NCBI GenBank assembly: GCA_046758745.1
Contig: JBHIAV010000029.1
Location: forward strand, 1 to 37,146
DNA: 37,146 nt
Direction of reading: 5' to 3'
Source: Gemmatimonadota bacterium
Lineage (GTDB): Bacteria; Gemmatimonadota; Gemmatimonadetes; Palauibacterales; Palauibacteraceae
The notes under the pieces: generated by a model
Told to the model about the DNA's origin: nothing
Database searches by the model: none
Seen by the model: only the letters and a program-made list of their open reading frames with translations
Part shown: piece after piece, positions 1-9,334 of the stretch
How positions within the stretch are numbered: the stretch's first letter is position 1
How the letters are laid out: each line of letters starts with the position of its first letter
Position numbers and translations under genes: made by a program

Positions 1-46
1 CCATCCCTTGGTTAGAGTCGAGGTGGCGCATTACTCGGACACGCTC

Positions 47-400
47 CTAGCGGCCGAGACCGAGAAACCTCCGCGCCAGTCTTTCTCGGATCTGAGAAGC
101 GAGACTGCGGAGTCCGTTCCCTTCGCCCGTTCGGGCGACGGAGGAGGCGGTGGGCTCCGCCGCGCTGGGCCTGCCGTCCGTTTCACCGCGAGACCCCGCC
201 CGAAACACCGAGCTCGCCTTGGGTCCTCTGGCGCCGTTCGTCACCTCGAACTCGACTCGTTCCCCCTGGCGAAGAGTCTTGAAGCCCTCTCCCTCGATCG
301 CCGTATGATGGACGAACACGTCCTCCGCCTGGTCACGCCGTATAAAGCCGTACCCCTTCTCGATGGAAAACCATTTCACCACACCGGTCTCACGAGACAT
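47..400 (-). CDS. Cold-shock domain protein with ~50-aa C-terminal extension
   Basis: [15 protein letters not shown] (RNP1) and DVFVHHTAI (RNP2) CSD motifs; GGGA-type RBS just upstream of the ATG. Confidence 0.92.
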   Translation of the reverse strand: MSRETGVVKWFSIEKGYGFIRRDQAEDVFVHHTAIEGEGFKTLRQGERVEFEVTNGARGPKASSVFRAGSRGETDGRPSAAEPTASSVARTGEGNGLRSLASQIRERLARRFLGLGR

Positions 401-443
401 CCCATCCTCCCGTTGCGTGTAGAAAGAGCGACGCGGGTCGCGG

Positions 444-668
444 TCAGCCGTCGGAGGAGTTGCCGAGACGGATGACCGACTGTGCCTTCAACCCCATCTC
501 CGTCTCGATGAGGCTCAACTCGATCCTTTCTCCCTCATCGAGCTTGCGAAACCCGCTTCCCTCGATCGCCGTGTAATGCACGAAGGCCTCGCGCCCGTCG
601 GGGAGGGTGACGAAGCCGTAACCCTTGGGGGTCGAGAACCACTTTACCGTTCCGCTCACTCGGTCCAT
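444..668 (-). CDS. Cold-shock protein (CspA family)
   Basis: [15 protein letters not shown] and AFVHYTAI motifs, 74 aa; GGAGG RBS upstream. Confidence 0.95.
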   Translation of the reverse strand: MDRVSGTVKWFSTPKGYGFVTLPDGREAFVHYTAIEGSGFRKLDEGERIELSLIETEMGLKAQSVIRLGNSSDG

Positions 669-741
669 GATCGTCCGTCCTCCGTGCTGAAGCGTCGGGA
701 AGCGTGGGGCGACGAAGCTGCAGGAAGGAGCGCCGGGTATA

Positions 742-778
742 CAAAACGACCCGCCGGCGGCCTTTACCGGCGGGTCGT
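742..778 (-). terminator. Intrinsic terminator-like hairpin in the csp leader
   Basis: Minus strand ACGACCCGCCGG-loop-CCGGCGGGTCGT (12-bp perfect stem) followed by TTTGT, about 75 nt upstream of the csp start. Confidence 0.7.
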
Positions 779-814
779 GCGGCGTCGCTCATCGGCCATC
801 CCGTGCAGCTCCAT
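764..814 (-). CDS. Putative leader peptide MELHGMADERRRTTRR (or MADERRRTTRR from 799)
   Basis: Short ORF overlapping the 5' arm of the terminator with its TAA in the loop; first ATG lies at about the predicted transcription start. Confidence 0.35.
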   Translation of the reverse strand: MELHGMADERRRTTRR

Positions 815-822
815 CGAGGAGC

Positions 823-851
823 AAGGTACGGCTCGTCCCGGCACGATTCAA
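823..851 (-). promoter_or_regulatory. Putative sigma70 promoter for the csp genes
   Basis: Minus strand TTGAAT-N17-TACCTT. Confidence 0.55.
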
Positions 852-883
852 GGTGAGGGCGGCCCGACCACCGCGAGTCGCTC

Positions 884-913
884 TTGACCCCCCATATGTT
901 GGGACTGTATAAT
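884..913 (+). promoter_or_regulatory. Near-consensus sigma70 promoter
   Basis: TTGACC(884-889)-N18-TATAAT(908-913), conspicuous in this GC-rich background. Confidence 0.7.
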
Positions 914-936
914 GGGCGCGGTACCAGATGTTGCGG
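889..936. promoter_or_regulatory. Tandem NrdR-box-like operators
   Basis: cccCcAtATgTtGgga (889-904) and gtaCcAgATgTtGcgg (921-936) fit the CnAnATnTnG core of the NrdR consensus acaCwAtATaTwGtgt; 32 bp apart; they overlap the promoter spacer and start site. Confidence 0.65.
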
Positions 937-1220
937 TTTCGGGGTTTCCTCGGCTTGGCCGGGGGCCTCGTGCGGCCGGCGCCCGGCGGGCAGGGTGTGG
1001 GATGGGAAGCCCGTCAGTTGCGCTTCGCCGGTGGGCGAGGGCGCCGGGCCGCCCTGCGAAGGGGTGATGGGAGGGGCGAGCGTGGCTCGGCCATCTTCGC
1101 CGCTGAGGTCGGGCGTTTGCGCCCGACGGCCGAATTTGACTAAATTTGCAGTTTGCATTACCGACCGATCCTCCGCCCGTCGGACGAGATCGCGGTTCCC
1201 ACGGGGAAGGAGCGAGTGCA

Positions 1221-1553
1221 ATGGCGGAATCGCTCTCGATCGGCCGTGACGGCGTTTTCACGATCCAGGGTCGCCACTACCGCATCCCAGCGGAGTTCTC
1301 TACACGCGAGGTGTTCAGCTACCGCAGGCTTCTCGAGCCGATTCCCGACACCCCCGGAGGGGCCTGTCTGACCACGGAACAGCGGGCACGACAGCGAGCC
1401 TATCTGCTCCGCCGTGCCGCGGCGTGCGTCATTCCGGGACTCGAGGCCAGTGTTCTGGAGTCTCTGTCGTTCCACACGCTGCAGAGCCTACACGTGTGGA
1501 TCGCGCGGCACCGCCCCGCGCTGACGGTGCGTTGCGAGCAGCTAACCACCTGA
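1221..1553 (+). CDS. Hypothetical protein (110 aa)
   Basis: AAGGAG RBS before ATG 1221; protein-like composition (MAESLSIGRDGVFTIQGRHYRIP...); no family recognised. Confidence 0.7.
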   Translation: MAESLSIGRDGVFTIQGRHYRIPAEFSTREVFSYRRLLEPIPDTPGGACLTTEQRARQRAYLLRRAAACVIPGLEASVLESLSFHTLQSLHVWIARHRPALTVRCEQLTT

Positions 1554-1872
1554 CGGCCGCGTCGCGGTGCTCATCGCGCCGAAGCGCGCCCTCCCGCCGA
1601 GTCCGCTAGCTCCGGCGCGTCGGCCCCGAGAGCGGCTTCGCGCGTAGCTGGCAGGTCCGGCGTCCGGCGCGGCGACCCTACGCCCACCGGCGAGGAGGGG
1701 CCCGGCCGCGGCCACACCCCATCCGCGAGGAAAGGCCAAGCCGCCGTCCCACCCACGCCCGCGAGCGCGTGCCGGCGTGCGGAAAAGAGGCCGGTCCCAC
1801 CGCGCGGCCTCCCCGTTACCCGTAAAGCCCCGGACGCTTACTGTACGGGACGTCTACCGTGGGGGTTCGGTG

Positions 1873-3318
1873 GTGAAGAGAGAGATTCGAAGAGCGAAGA
1901 TCGTCTGCACGGTGGGGCCGTCGAGCTCCGATGAATCGACCTTCGGTCGTCTCGTCGAGGCCGGCATGGATGCCGTGCGCGTAAACTTCTCGCACGCTTC
2001 GCACCGGGAGGCGGGGCACATCCTAACGATGGCTCGCGATGCGGCGCGGGACTGCGAACGGCCCCTGGCGGTGATCGCCGATCTGCAAGGGCCGAAGATT
2101 CGCGTTGGGGACCTCCCGGTCCCGATCGAAATCGCCGAGGGCGAGCGCTACATGTTCGTTCCGGAAGAGCGGGCGAGTGGGATGAGCCGCCAGGACGGTC
2201 CGCCAGCCATTCCGTCCACCTACGACGCCTTGGCGGACGACCTTTCGGCCGGAGACACGATCCTGCTCGACGACGGCCGCCTGGAGTTCCGGGTCGAGGC
2301 CGTCGAGGAGCACCGGGTCACAGCCACGGCGCTCAACGCAGGCAGCCTGGCTTCTCAGAAGGGAATGAACCTACCGGGCGTGGCGGTGAAGGCACCGAGC
2401 CTCAGCGAGAAGGATGTCGCCGACGCCCGCTTCGCCTGTGCCCAGCACGTCGATTATCTGGCGCTGAGCTTCGTACGTCGGCCCGAGGACATCGCGGCCC
2501 TCCGGAAGGTGGCCACGCCGGGTATCCTCCTGATCGCAAAGATCGAGAAGGACCAGGCGGTGCGTCATCTCGCGGAGATCATGCAGCGGGCTGACGGCGT
2601 CATGGTGGCCCGCGGCGATCTCGGCGTGGAGCTGCCGTACGAGGAAGTACCGATGGTGCAGAAGCGCATCCTCCGGCTAGGTCAGGAGCTCGCGAGGCTC
2701 AGCATCACGGCGACCCAGATGCTCGAATCGATGACCCGGGCCCCGCGTCCCACTCGGGCGGAGGTGTCGGACGTGGCCAACGCGCTCCTGGACGGGACCG
2801 ACGCCGTGATGCTCTCGGCCGAGACGGCCACGGGCGGCTACCCGGCGGAGGCGGTTGAGGCGATGGACCGGATCATCCGGCGCACCGAACGGGACACCTG
2901 CGATCGGAGGCAGGCATCGGTGGTCGGGGCCCGGCGTCACCGGACGCCGGTGCAGGAGACGAGATCGGCCGCGATTGCCGCCGCGGCGCTGGAAGCGATC
3001 CAGAGACTGGGATGCCGCTTCATGGTTACGTTCACCCGCAGCGGCTTCACCGCCAGGGTCGTATCGGCCCACAGGCCCGCGGTTCCGATCCTGGCCGTCA
3101 CCGACCAATGGCGAACCTACAACCAGCTCGCGCTCGCCTGGGGGGTCGTTCCGCTCCTCTTTCGGGGGGAGGTGACGTACGGCAACATGCTGGAGCTGGC
3201 TGTGCGTCGCGCCCTCGATGCGGATCTCGGCCGCCCAGGCGACAGCTTCGTCGTCACGGCGGGCGTGCCGTTTCACGTGGCCGGCACGACCAATATGATT
3301 CGCGTGGAGGAGCTGTAG
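1873..3318 (+). CDS. pyk: Pyruvate kinase
   Basis: KIVCTVGP, RVNFSH, DLQGPKIR, AKIE, VMVARGDLGVE, TQMLESM, PTRAEVSDVANA motifs. GTG start at 1870 or 1873. Confidence 0.97.
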   Translation: MKREIRRAKIVCTVGPSSSDESTFGRLVEAGMDAVRVNFSHASHREAGHILTMARDAARDCERPLAVIADLQGPKIRVGDLPVPIEIAEGERYMFVPEERASGMSRQDGPPAIPSTYDALADDLSAGDTILLDDGRLEFRVEAVEEHRVTATALNAGSLASQKGMNLPGVAVKAPSLSEKDVADARFACAQHVDYLALSFVRRPEDIAALRKVATPGILLIAKIEKDQAVRHLAEIMQRADGVMVARGDLGVELPYEEVPMVQKRILRLGQELARLSITATQMLESMTRAPRPTRAEVSDVANALLDGTDAVMLSAETATGGYPAEAVEAMDRIIRRTERDTCDRRQASVVGARRHRTPVQETRSAAIAAAALEAIQRLGCRFMVTFTRSGFTARVVSAHRPAVPILAVTDQWRTYNQLALAWGVVPLLFRGEVTYGNMLELAVRRALDADLGRPGDSFVVTAGVPFHVAGTTNMIRVEEL

Positions 3319-3425
3319 AGCCGTGTCGGAGCCCGCCGCCGGAGGGCCGCTCGGTTCGGGCCGCCTGCGGGGCGATGCAGCCGCCCGAGCCGTCCACCCA
3401 AGCCGTTCTCATCGGGGCCGCTGAC

Positions 3426-4202
3426 GTGAGACTCACCTTCCTCGGCACCGGGACCTCGTTCGGCATTCCGGTCGTCGGGTGCGAATGCGCTGTATGCCGC
3501 TCTCCCGATCCCCGAAATCGGCGCACGCGGCACGGCCTGCTGGTGGAGGACGCCGGGCGAACTCTCCTCGTCGACACGCCGCCGGAACTGAGGCTTCAGC
3601 TCGTGCAGCAGGGGGTGCGCCATCTGGACGGCGTGTACATCACCCACCTGCACGCCGACCACGTGCACGGCCTCGATGACTTGCGGATATTCTCCCTTCG
3701 CTCCGAGCGGGCCCTCCGAGTGTACGTGGCGGCCGAATACGAAGAAGAGCTACGAGGCCGGTTTCCTTACATCTGGGGCCCGGACGCGCAGCCGGAGGAA
3801 GGCACGACGATCCCGGACCTCGAGCTCGTCACCTTCCGGGACCGGAAGCCGCTCAGCGTGCACGGCCTCTCGATCCTCCCGATCGCCTTCCCGCACGGGC
3901 GTTATCGCAGTTACGGCTTCCGAACGGGCCGGCTGGCGGTGATCGTGGACGCCAAGCGGATTCCCCCGGAGGCCGTCGAGCTGCTGGAGGACGTGGAGGT
4001 GCTGGTGATCAACGCCCTCTGGTATGGTAACCCTCATCCCACGCACTTCAACATCGAAGAGGCGGTGGAGGCGGCCGCCGGTCTGCGTGCCCGCCGCACG
4101 TACCTGACCCATCTCACGCACCGGCTGGATCATTCGGATCTGGAGCGCCGACTGCCCGCGAGCGTGAGGCCGGCGCACGATGGCCTGGTCGTCGAGGTGT
4201 AG
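3426..4202 (+). CDS. MBL-fold metallo-hydrolase (PhnP/YycJ-like phosphodiesterase)
   Basis: [21 protein letters not shown]-terminus, HLHADH metal motif, HPTH and THLTH motifs. Start GTG 3426 (ATG 3375 is an alternative). Confidence 0.92.
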   Translation: MRLTFLGTGTSFGIPVVGCECAVCRSPDPRNRRTRHGLLVEDAGRTLLVDTPPELRLQLVQQGVRHLDGVYITHLHADHVHGLDDLRIFSLRSERALRVYVAAEYEEELRGRFPYIWGPDAQPEEGTTIPDLELVTFRDRKPLSVHGLSILPIAFPHGRYRSYGFRTGRLAVIVDAKRIPPEAVELLEDVEVLVINALWYGNPHPTHFNIEEAVEAAAGLRARRTYLTHLTHRLDHSDLERRLPASVRPAHDGLVVEV

Positions 4203-4247
4203 ACTCCCGATCGTCGACGTGTAAACGAGAGACGACCGGCCCCACCC

Positions 4248-4275
4248 TGGACTTTCCACCCACCACTTCTATTAT
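4248..4275 (+). promoter_or_regulatory. Possible lepA promoter
   Basis: TGGACT-N16-TATTAT about 40 nt upstream of lepA. Confidence 0.35.
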
Positions 4276-4315
4276 TCGACCGCGCGTACCCCGCTACCGA
4301 AGAGAGTGCTTCTAC

Positions 4316-6115
4316 GTGTCCATAGAGAGGATCCGCAACTTCTCGATCGTCGCCCACATCGACCATGGAAAATCGACGCTGGCCGACCGCCTCCTGGAAG
4401 CGACCGGAGCGATCGAGCCGCGCAAGATGAAGGCGCAGATCCTCGACTCGATGGATCTGGAGCGCGAGCGGGGCATCACGATCAAGCTCAACGCCGTCCG
4501 CCTTCCCTATACCGCTCGCGACGGCCGGGAATACCAGCTCAACCTCATCGACACGCCGGGTCACGTGGACTTCACGTACGAGGTCTCCCGGAGTCTAGCC
4601 GCGTGCGAGGGAGCTCTCCTCGTGGTCGACGCGAGCCAGGGAATCGAGGCTCAGACGATCTCGAATCTAACCCTCGCCGTTAACGCGGGTCTCGAGATCA
4701 TCCCCGTGATCAACAAGATCGACCTACCGGCCGCCGAGCCGGAGCGACGCCGGGACGAGATATGCGAGCTGCTCGGAGGGGACCGGGACGGGGTCCTTCT
4801 CGCATCCGCCAAGGAGGGAACGGGCATCGATGAGATCCTCGAGGCCATCGTGACGCGTGTGCCGTCGCCGGACGGAGACCCGGAAGCGCCGCTTCGTGCT
4901 CTCATCTTCGACTCGATGTACGACAAGTACAGGGGCGCGGTGCCGTTCCTGCGGGTGGTGGATGGGAAGATCGTCTCCGGGATGCGCATTGCCTTCGGAG
5001 CCAACGAGGCGGTGTACGAGGTCGACGAGGTCGGGTACCTGCGGCTCGGCTTCCAACCGACGGGCGAGCTGCGCACGGGCGAGGTGGGCTACCTGACCGC
5101 CCAGGTCAAGCGGCTCGCGGACACCCAGGTGGGGGACACGATCCTGGACGCTGAGCGGCCTGCGTCGGAGCTGCTCCCCGGATACCAGGAGGCGAAGCCG
5201 GTCGTCTTCGCAGGCCTCTATCCGACCGACTCAGACCGGTTCGAGGAGCTGCGTGACGCGCTCGAGAAGCTGCGGCTGAGCGACGCCAGCCTCCACTACG
5301 AGCCGGAGACGTCGACGGCCCTCGGCTTCGGCTTCCGGTGTGGGTTCCTGGGTCTGCTCCATATGGAGATCGTGCAGGAGCGGCTGGAACGGGAGTTCGG
5401 CCTGGAGCTGGTGACCACGATTCCCAATGTGGAGTACCACGTCACGCTGACGAACGGCCAGGTGCTGGAGGTCGAGAACCCCAGCCGCATGCCGGACCGG
5501 AGCCGCATCGAGAAGGTGGAGGAACCATATGTTCGCATCCACGTGGTCTGCCCGTCCGAGTACATCGGCGGCGTCCAGTCGCTGTGCCACGATCGGCGCG
5601 GCGAGTACGTTACGATGCATTACCTGGACCCGCGGCGGGTGGAGCTCAAATATGACATGCCGCTCGCCGAGATCGTGCTCGACTTCTACGACCGTCTGAA
5701 GTCGGTGTCGCGCGGCTACGCGGCCCTCGACTACGAGCTGGCGGAGTACCGTAGCTCCGACCTGGTGAAGCTCGACATCCTGCTGAACGGCGATCCGGTC
5801 GATGCGCTGAGTGTCGTGGTGCACCGCGAGCGGGCGCACGGGTACGGCCGCAAGGTGGCGGAGAAGCTCAAGGAGCTTATTCCGCGCCAGCTCTTCGAGG
5901 TGGCGATCCAGGCGGCGGTCGGGAAGGATGTGATCGCCCGCGAGACGGTGAAACCCCTTCGGAAGAACGTCACCGCCAAGTGCTACGGCGGGGACATCAC
6001 CCGAAAGCGCAAGCTGCTCGAAAAGCAAAAGGAAGGGAAGCGCAGGATGAAGCAGGTGGGGACCGTCGAGATCCCGCAGGAGGCTTTTCTGGCCGTCCTG
6101 CAGGTGGGAAAGTAA
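4316..6115 (+). CDS. lepA: Translation elongation factor 4 (LepA)
   Basis: [42 protein letters not shown] and [21 protein letters not shown]; 599 aa. Confidence 0.99.
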   Translation: MSIERIRNFSIVAHIDHGKSTLADRLLEATGAIEPRKMKAQILDSMDLERERGITIKLNAVRLPYTARDGREYQLNLIDTPGHVDFTYEVSRSLAACEGALLVVDASQGIEAQTISNLTLAVNAGLEIIPVINKIDLPAAEPERRRDEICELLGGDRDGVLLASAKEGTGIDEILEAIVTRVPSPDGDPEAPLRALIFDSMYDKYRGAVPFLRVVDGKIVSGMRIAFGANEAVYEVDEVGYLRLGFQPTGELRTGEVGYLTAQVKRLADTQVGDTILDAERPASELLPGYQEAKPVVFAGLYPTDSDRFEELRDALEKLRLSDASLHYEPETSTALGFGFRCGFLGLLHMEIVQERLEREFGLELVTTIPNVEYHVTLTNGQVLEVENPSRMPDRSRIEKVEEPYVRIHVVCPSEYIGGVQSLCHDRRGEYVTMHYLDPRRVELKYDMPLAEIVLDFYDRLKSVSRGYAALDYELAEYRSSDLVKLDILLNGDPVDALSVVVHRERAHGYGRKVAEKLKELIPRQLFEVAIQAAVGKDVIARETVKPLRKNVTAKCYGGDITRKRKLLEKQKEGKRRMKQVGTVEIPQEAFLAVLQVGK

Positions 6116-6218
6116 TCGGCTTCGGTCGCTGTCGCCTCTGCGGGTACGGATGCCTGCGGAGGAGTCCCTCGGGCGCGCCCCTGTGGAGGCACGGCGTTCG
6201 GGTGGGGACGCGGCGAAT

Positions 6219-7286
6219 ATGAGCGAGCCGCGCCGCGGTCGGCGGGTGGTCCGGGCGCCCAACCATCTCGGCGAGGTCGTGATGTCCCTGCCGGCGCTCG
6301 CAGAGGCGGCGGAGGAGGCACGCCGCAGCTCGGGGAAGCCCCTGCTCGTCCAGGTCGTAAGCGGGCTCTGCCCGATCCTGCAGATGGCCCGTCTGGACGC
6401 GGAGATCATCCCACTTGAGGACCGAAGGGCCGTCCTCCGCGGGGCGGCCGAGCTACGGAGACGAGGCGCGGCTCGCGGGGTGCTGCTCACGCCGGCGATC
6501 TCGGCCGCGGTGATCTTTCTGCTGGCCGGGGTTGCGAGCCGGCGCGGGGTGTCGGTGCGCGGTCGCAGCTGGATGCTGACCGAGGCGGTCGACCGGGAGC
6601 CCCTGCTCACGGGCCACAGGGTCCTCGAGTACATGCATCTGGTCGGGCCGGGGAGAACGCCGAGCGACCCGCCGCCTCCGCGGCTGGCCTGTAGCGACGA
6701 GGCGCGCCGGGCCTGGAGGGCGCTGGGCGAGCGTCTCGGCCTCGGGGCGGCGGCCGGGTCGACGGTGGCCCTCTTTCCGGGGGCGAACGCCAGCTCGCGA
6801 CGTTGGCCGACCGAGCGGTTCACGAGGCTGGCCGGGTGGCTGGCTCGGGAGGGACACCGGGTGCTGGTGCTGGGAGGGCCGGGCGAGAGACAGCTGACGG
6901 CGCGTGTGGCCGATGGTGGAGCCGCCGGAGCGGGGGAGATCTGGGACCTCGGAGGACGCACGACGCTCGAGGAACTGGTCGGGGCCCTTTGCGCGTGCGA
7001 CGTGCTGGTCACAAACGACACAGGTCCGATGCACGTGGCGGCGGCTCTGGACCGACCCATCGTGGCGCTCGAGGGCGCGGCCGACCTCCGGCAGACCCGC
7101 CCCCTTGGAAGCCGGGTTCGGATCGTGGGTCACTTCGAGCTGTCGTGCGTGCCGTGTGTGAAGAACGAGTGTCCGCGGACTGGGCGCGGATTCGCGCTTC
7201 CCGAGGCGGAGCGGGAGTGCATGCGGTTGATCACGGTGGATGCCGTGCACGAGGCGGTGGCATCCCTGCTCGAGCGGAGCACGTGA
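6219..7286 (+). CDS. waaF: Glycosyltransferase family 9 (LPS heptosyltransferase II-like)
   Basis: RAPNHLGEVVMSLP N-terminus, PGA..SSRRWP, GRTTL, TNDTGPMHVAAA and C-terminal CxPC cluster. Confidence 0.85.
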   Translation: MSEPRRGRRVVRAPNHLGEVVMSLPALAEAAEEARRSSGKPLLVQVVSGLCPILQMARLDAEIIPLEDRRAVLRGAAELRRRGAARGVLLTPAISAAVIFLLAGVASRRGVSVRGRSWMLTEAVDREPLLTGHRVLEYMHLVGPGRTPSDPPPPRLACSDEARRAWRALGERLGLGAAAGSTVALFPGANASSRRWPTERFTRLAGWLAREGHRVLVLGGPGERQLTARVADGGAAGAGEIWDLGGRTTLEELVGALCACDVLVTNDTGPMHVAAALDRPIVALEGAADLRQTRPLGSRVRIVGHFELSCVPCVKNECPRTGRGFALPEAERECMRLITVDAVHEAVASLLERST

Positions 7287-7287
7287 C

Positions 7288-8280
7288 GTGGAAGACAAAC
7301 GCTACATCGTCGGGGTGGACCTGGGCGGAACGTCCATCAACGTGGGGGTCGTCCCGTTCGAAGGCGGGCCGGTGCTCGGCATGCGCTCGATGCCGACCGA
7401 GTCGCAGCGTGGAGCCAAGTTCGTGGTCGACCGCATGATCCAGATGATCCTGGCGGCAATGAAAGATGCGCGGCGTGAGGGGAGTATCCCGAAGGAGGGA
7501 ATCATCGGGATCGGCCTCGGTTCGCCGGGGCCCCTGGATCGGAAGTCCGGGACGGTGATCGACACCCCGAACCTGAGGTGGCGGAACTTTCCGCTGCGCG
7601 ACCTCATCTCGAACGCGATCGGTCTGGACGCGGTGCTGGACAACGACGCCAACGCGGCGACCCTCGGGGAGTGGTGGCTCGGGGCGGGTCGGCACGTGGA
7701 CACCCTGATCGGGGTCACTCTGGGCACCGGGATCGGGGGCGGTATCGTGCTCGGCGGCCGGGTCTTTCACGGTGTGTCGGACGTGGCGGGCGAGATCGGG
7801 CACATGACGATCGACTCCACGGGTCGCAGGTGCAACTGCGGGAATTACGGTTGCCTGGAGGCGTACGCCTCCGGTCCGGCCATCGCCGCGCGGGCGATCG
7901 AGGGTCTCGAATCCGGGGCGGCGAGCATGCTCCCGGCGATGGTGGACGGCAACCCGTCCAGGATCACGGCCGAGACGGTGTACGAGGCGATCGTGGCGGG
8001 AGACCTGTACGCGCAGGAGGTTATGCGCGACACCGCCAAGTTCCTCGGCACCGGGATCGCCAACCTGATCAACATCCTGAACCCGGAGATGGTGGTCATC
8101 TCCGGAGGCGTCACGCTCGCGGGCGACCGGCTGTTCGAGCCGCTTCGGGCGGAGGTGCGGCGCCGCGCTTTCCGACATGCGGCCGACAGCTGCCGCATCG
8201 TGAGCAGCGAGCTCGGAGACATGGCCGGCGTGATCGGGGCCGCCGCCACCTTCAAGGTGGAGCGGTTCGGCGAGGTGTGA
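7288..8280 (+). CDS. ROK family sugar kinase (glucokinase-like)
   Basis: GVDLGGT, NDANAA, TLGTGIGGG, GEIGH and CNCGNYGCLE motifs; no N-terminal HTH. Confidence 0.93.
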   Translation: MEDKRYIVGVDLGGTSINVGVVPFEGGPVLGMRSMPTESQRGAKFVVDRMIQMILAAMKDARREGSIPKEGIIGIGLGSPGPLDRKSGTVIDTPNLRWRNFPLRDLISNAIGLDAVLDNDANAATLGEWWLGAGRHVDTLIGVTLGTGIGGGIVLGGRVFHGVSDVAGEIGHMTIDSTGRRCNCGNYGCLEAYASGPAIAARAIEGLESGAASMLPAMVDGNPSRITAETVYEAIVAGDLYAQEVMRDTAKFLGTGIANLINILNPEMVVISGGVTLAGDRLFEPLRAEVRRRAFRHAADSCRIVSSELGDMAGVIGAAATFKVERFGEV

Positions 8281-8283
8281 CGC

Positions 8284-9279
8284 ATGCCCCGGCTGGGCGT
8301 CGTCGGGACGATGGTGTGGGACACCATTCACGCGCGGGACGTAGGCCGCACGGAGCCGGTCGAGGAGTGGGGGGGCATCGCGTACGCCCTCTCGGCTTTC
8401 GAGGCGGCTGCCCCGGAGGGATGGCGACTCTTTCCGATCATCAAGGTCGGAGCGGACCTCGCCGAGCGGGCAGGTAGCTATCTGGGTCGCCTGCGCCGTA
8501 TCGACTCCATGGACGGCGTGCGCCCTGTGCCCGAGCCGAACAACCGGGTGGAGCTCGTCTACCATGATGCGGGCCGCCGCTGCGAGCGACTCACCGGCGG
8601 TGTGCCCGGCTGGAGCTGGGAGGAGCTGGCGCCTCTCGCCGCCTCCTGCGACGCCATGTACGTCAACTTCATCGCGGGGTGGGAGATGGACCTCGGGTGC
8701 GCCAGCGAGCTCCGGCGCCGATTTGAAGGGGTGATGTACGGGGACATCCACTCGTTGATGCTCGGGATCGGTCCGGACGGCGTGAGGCGCCTCCGCCCGC
8801 TCGCGGCGTGGCGCGAGTGGTTGGCCTGCTTCGATCTCGTTCAGATCAACGAGGAGGAGCTGACGACCCTGGCGGGACCGGCGGGGGATCCTTGGAGGCT
8901 GGCGGCCGAGGTGGTCGGCGAGCACACTCGCGCGCTCCTGGTGACCCTCGGCGAGCGTGGAGCCGCCTGGGTCGCGGCGGCCGGCTTCGAGCGCCTCCAC
9001 GGCGGGCTACGGCGGGACGGCCTGGCGATGCGCGGCGGCGCGGTGACCGGCATGGTTCCGATCGCGCGTCCCGTCACCGACGGCGATCCCACCGGGTGCG
9101 GGGACGTATGGGGGATGACCTGCTTCGCTTCTCTGCTCGGGGGACGAACGTTGACGGAAGCGATGGAGACGGCGAACGAGTTCGCCGTCCGCAACGTCGG
9201 TTTCCGCGGTGCTTCGAACCTGGCCGAGCTCCTGCGGTCGGAAGGACGGATTCTCGGGAAGGAAGAGCGGTCGGGATGA
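8284..9279 (+). CDS. PfkB family carbohydrate kinase
   Basis: WGG near the N-terminus, QINEEE, VTLGERGA and DPTGCGD PfkB signature. Confidence 0.85.
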   Translation: MPRLGVVGTMVWDTIHARDVGRTEPVEEWGGIAYALSAFEAAAPEGWRLFPIIKVGADLAERAGSYLGRLRRIDSMDGVRPVPEPNNRVELVYHDAGRRCERLTGGVPGWSWEELAPLAASCDAMYVNFIAGWEMDLGCASELRRRFEGVMYGDIHSLMLGIGPDGVRRLRPLAAWREWLACFDLVQINEEELTTLAGPAGDPWRLAAEVVGEHTRALLVTLGERGAAWVAAAGFERLHGGLRRDGLAMRGGAVTGMVPIARPVTDGDPTGCGDVWGMTCFASLLGGRTLTEAMETANEFAVRNVGFRGASNLAELLRSEGRILGKEERSG

Positions 9280-9334
9280 AGCCGGTCGGCGTGACGCCTC
9301 GGCTCCGGGGAAGGTCGACTCCGAGGAGTCGCGC

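Noticed and set aside
780-820. Fluoride-riboswitch-like words (GATGGAG...GCCGATGA) in the csp leader
   Set aside because: The pseudoknot partner (CTCC/CTAC) and P1 pairing are missing, and the downstream genes are unrelated to fluoride.
995-1070. Possible cobalamin riboswitch (GGGAAG...)
   Set aside because: No recognisable B12 box or GCCACTG/ACTGT core elements.
1132-1165. Sigma54 or second sigma70 promoter (TTGACT..., TTTGCA repeats)
   Set aside because: No GG at the -24 position and only a poor -10 (TACCGA); not supportable.
5231-9000. Long minus-strand ORFs (609 aa and 589 aa)
   Set aside because: They overlap well-supported lepA, waaF, ROK and PfkB genes on the opposite strand and carry no motifs.
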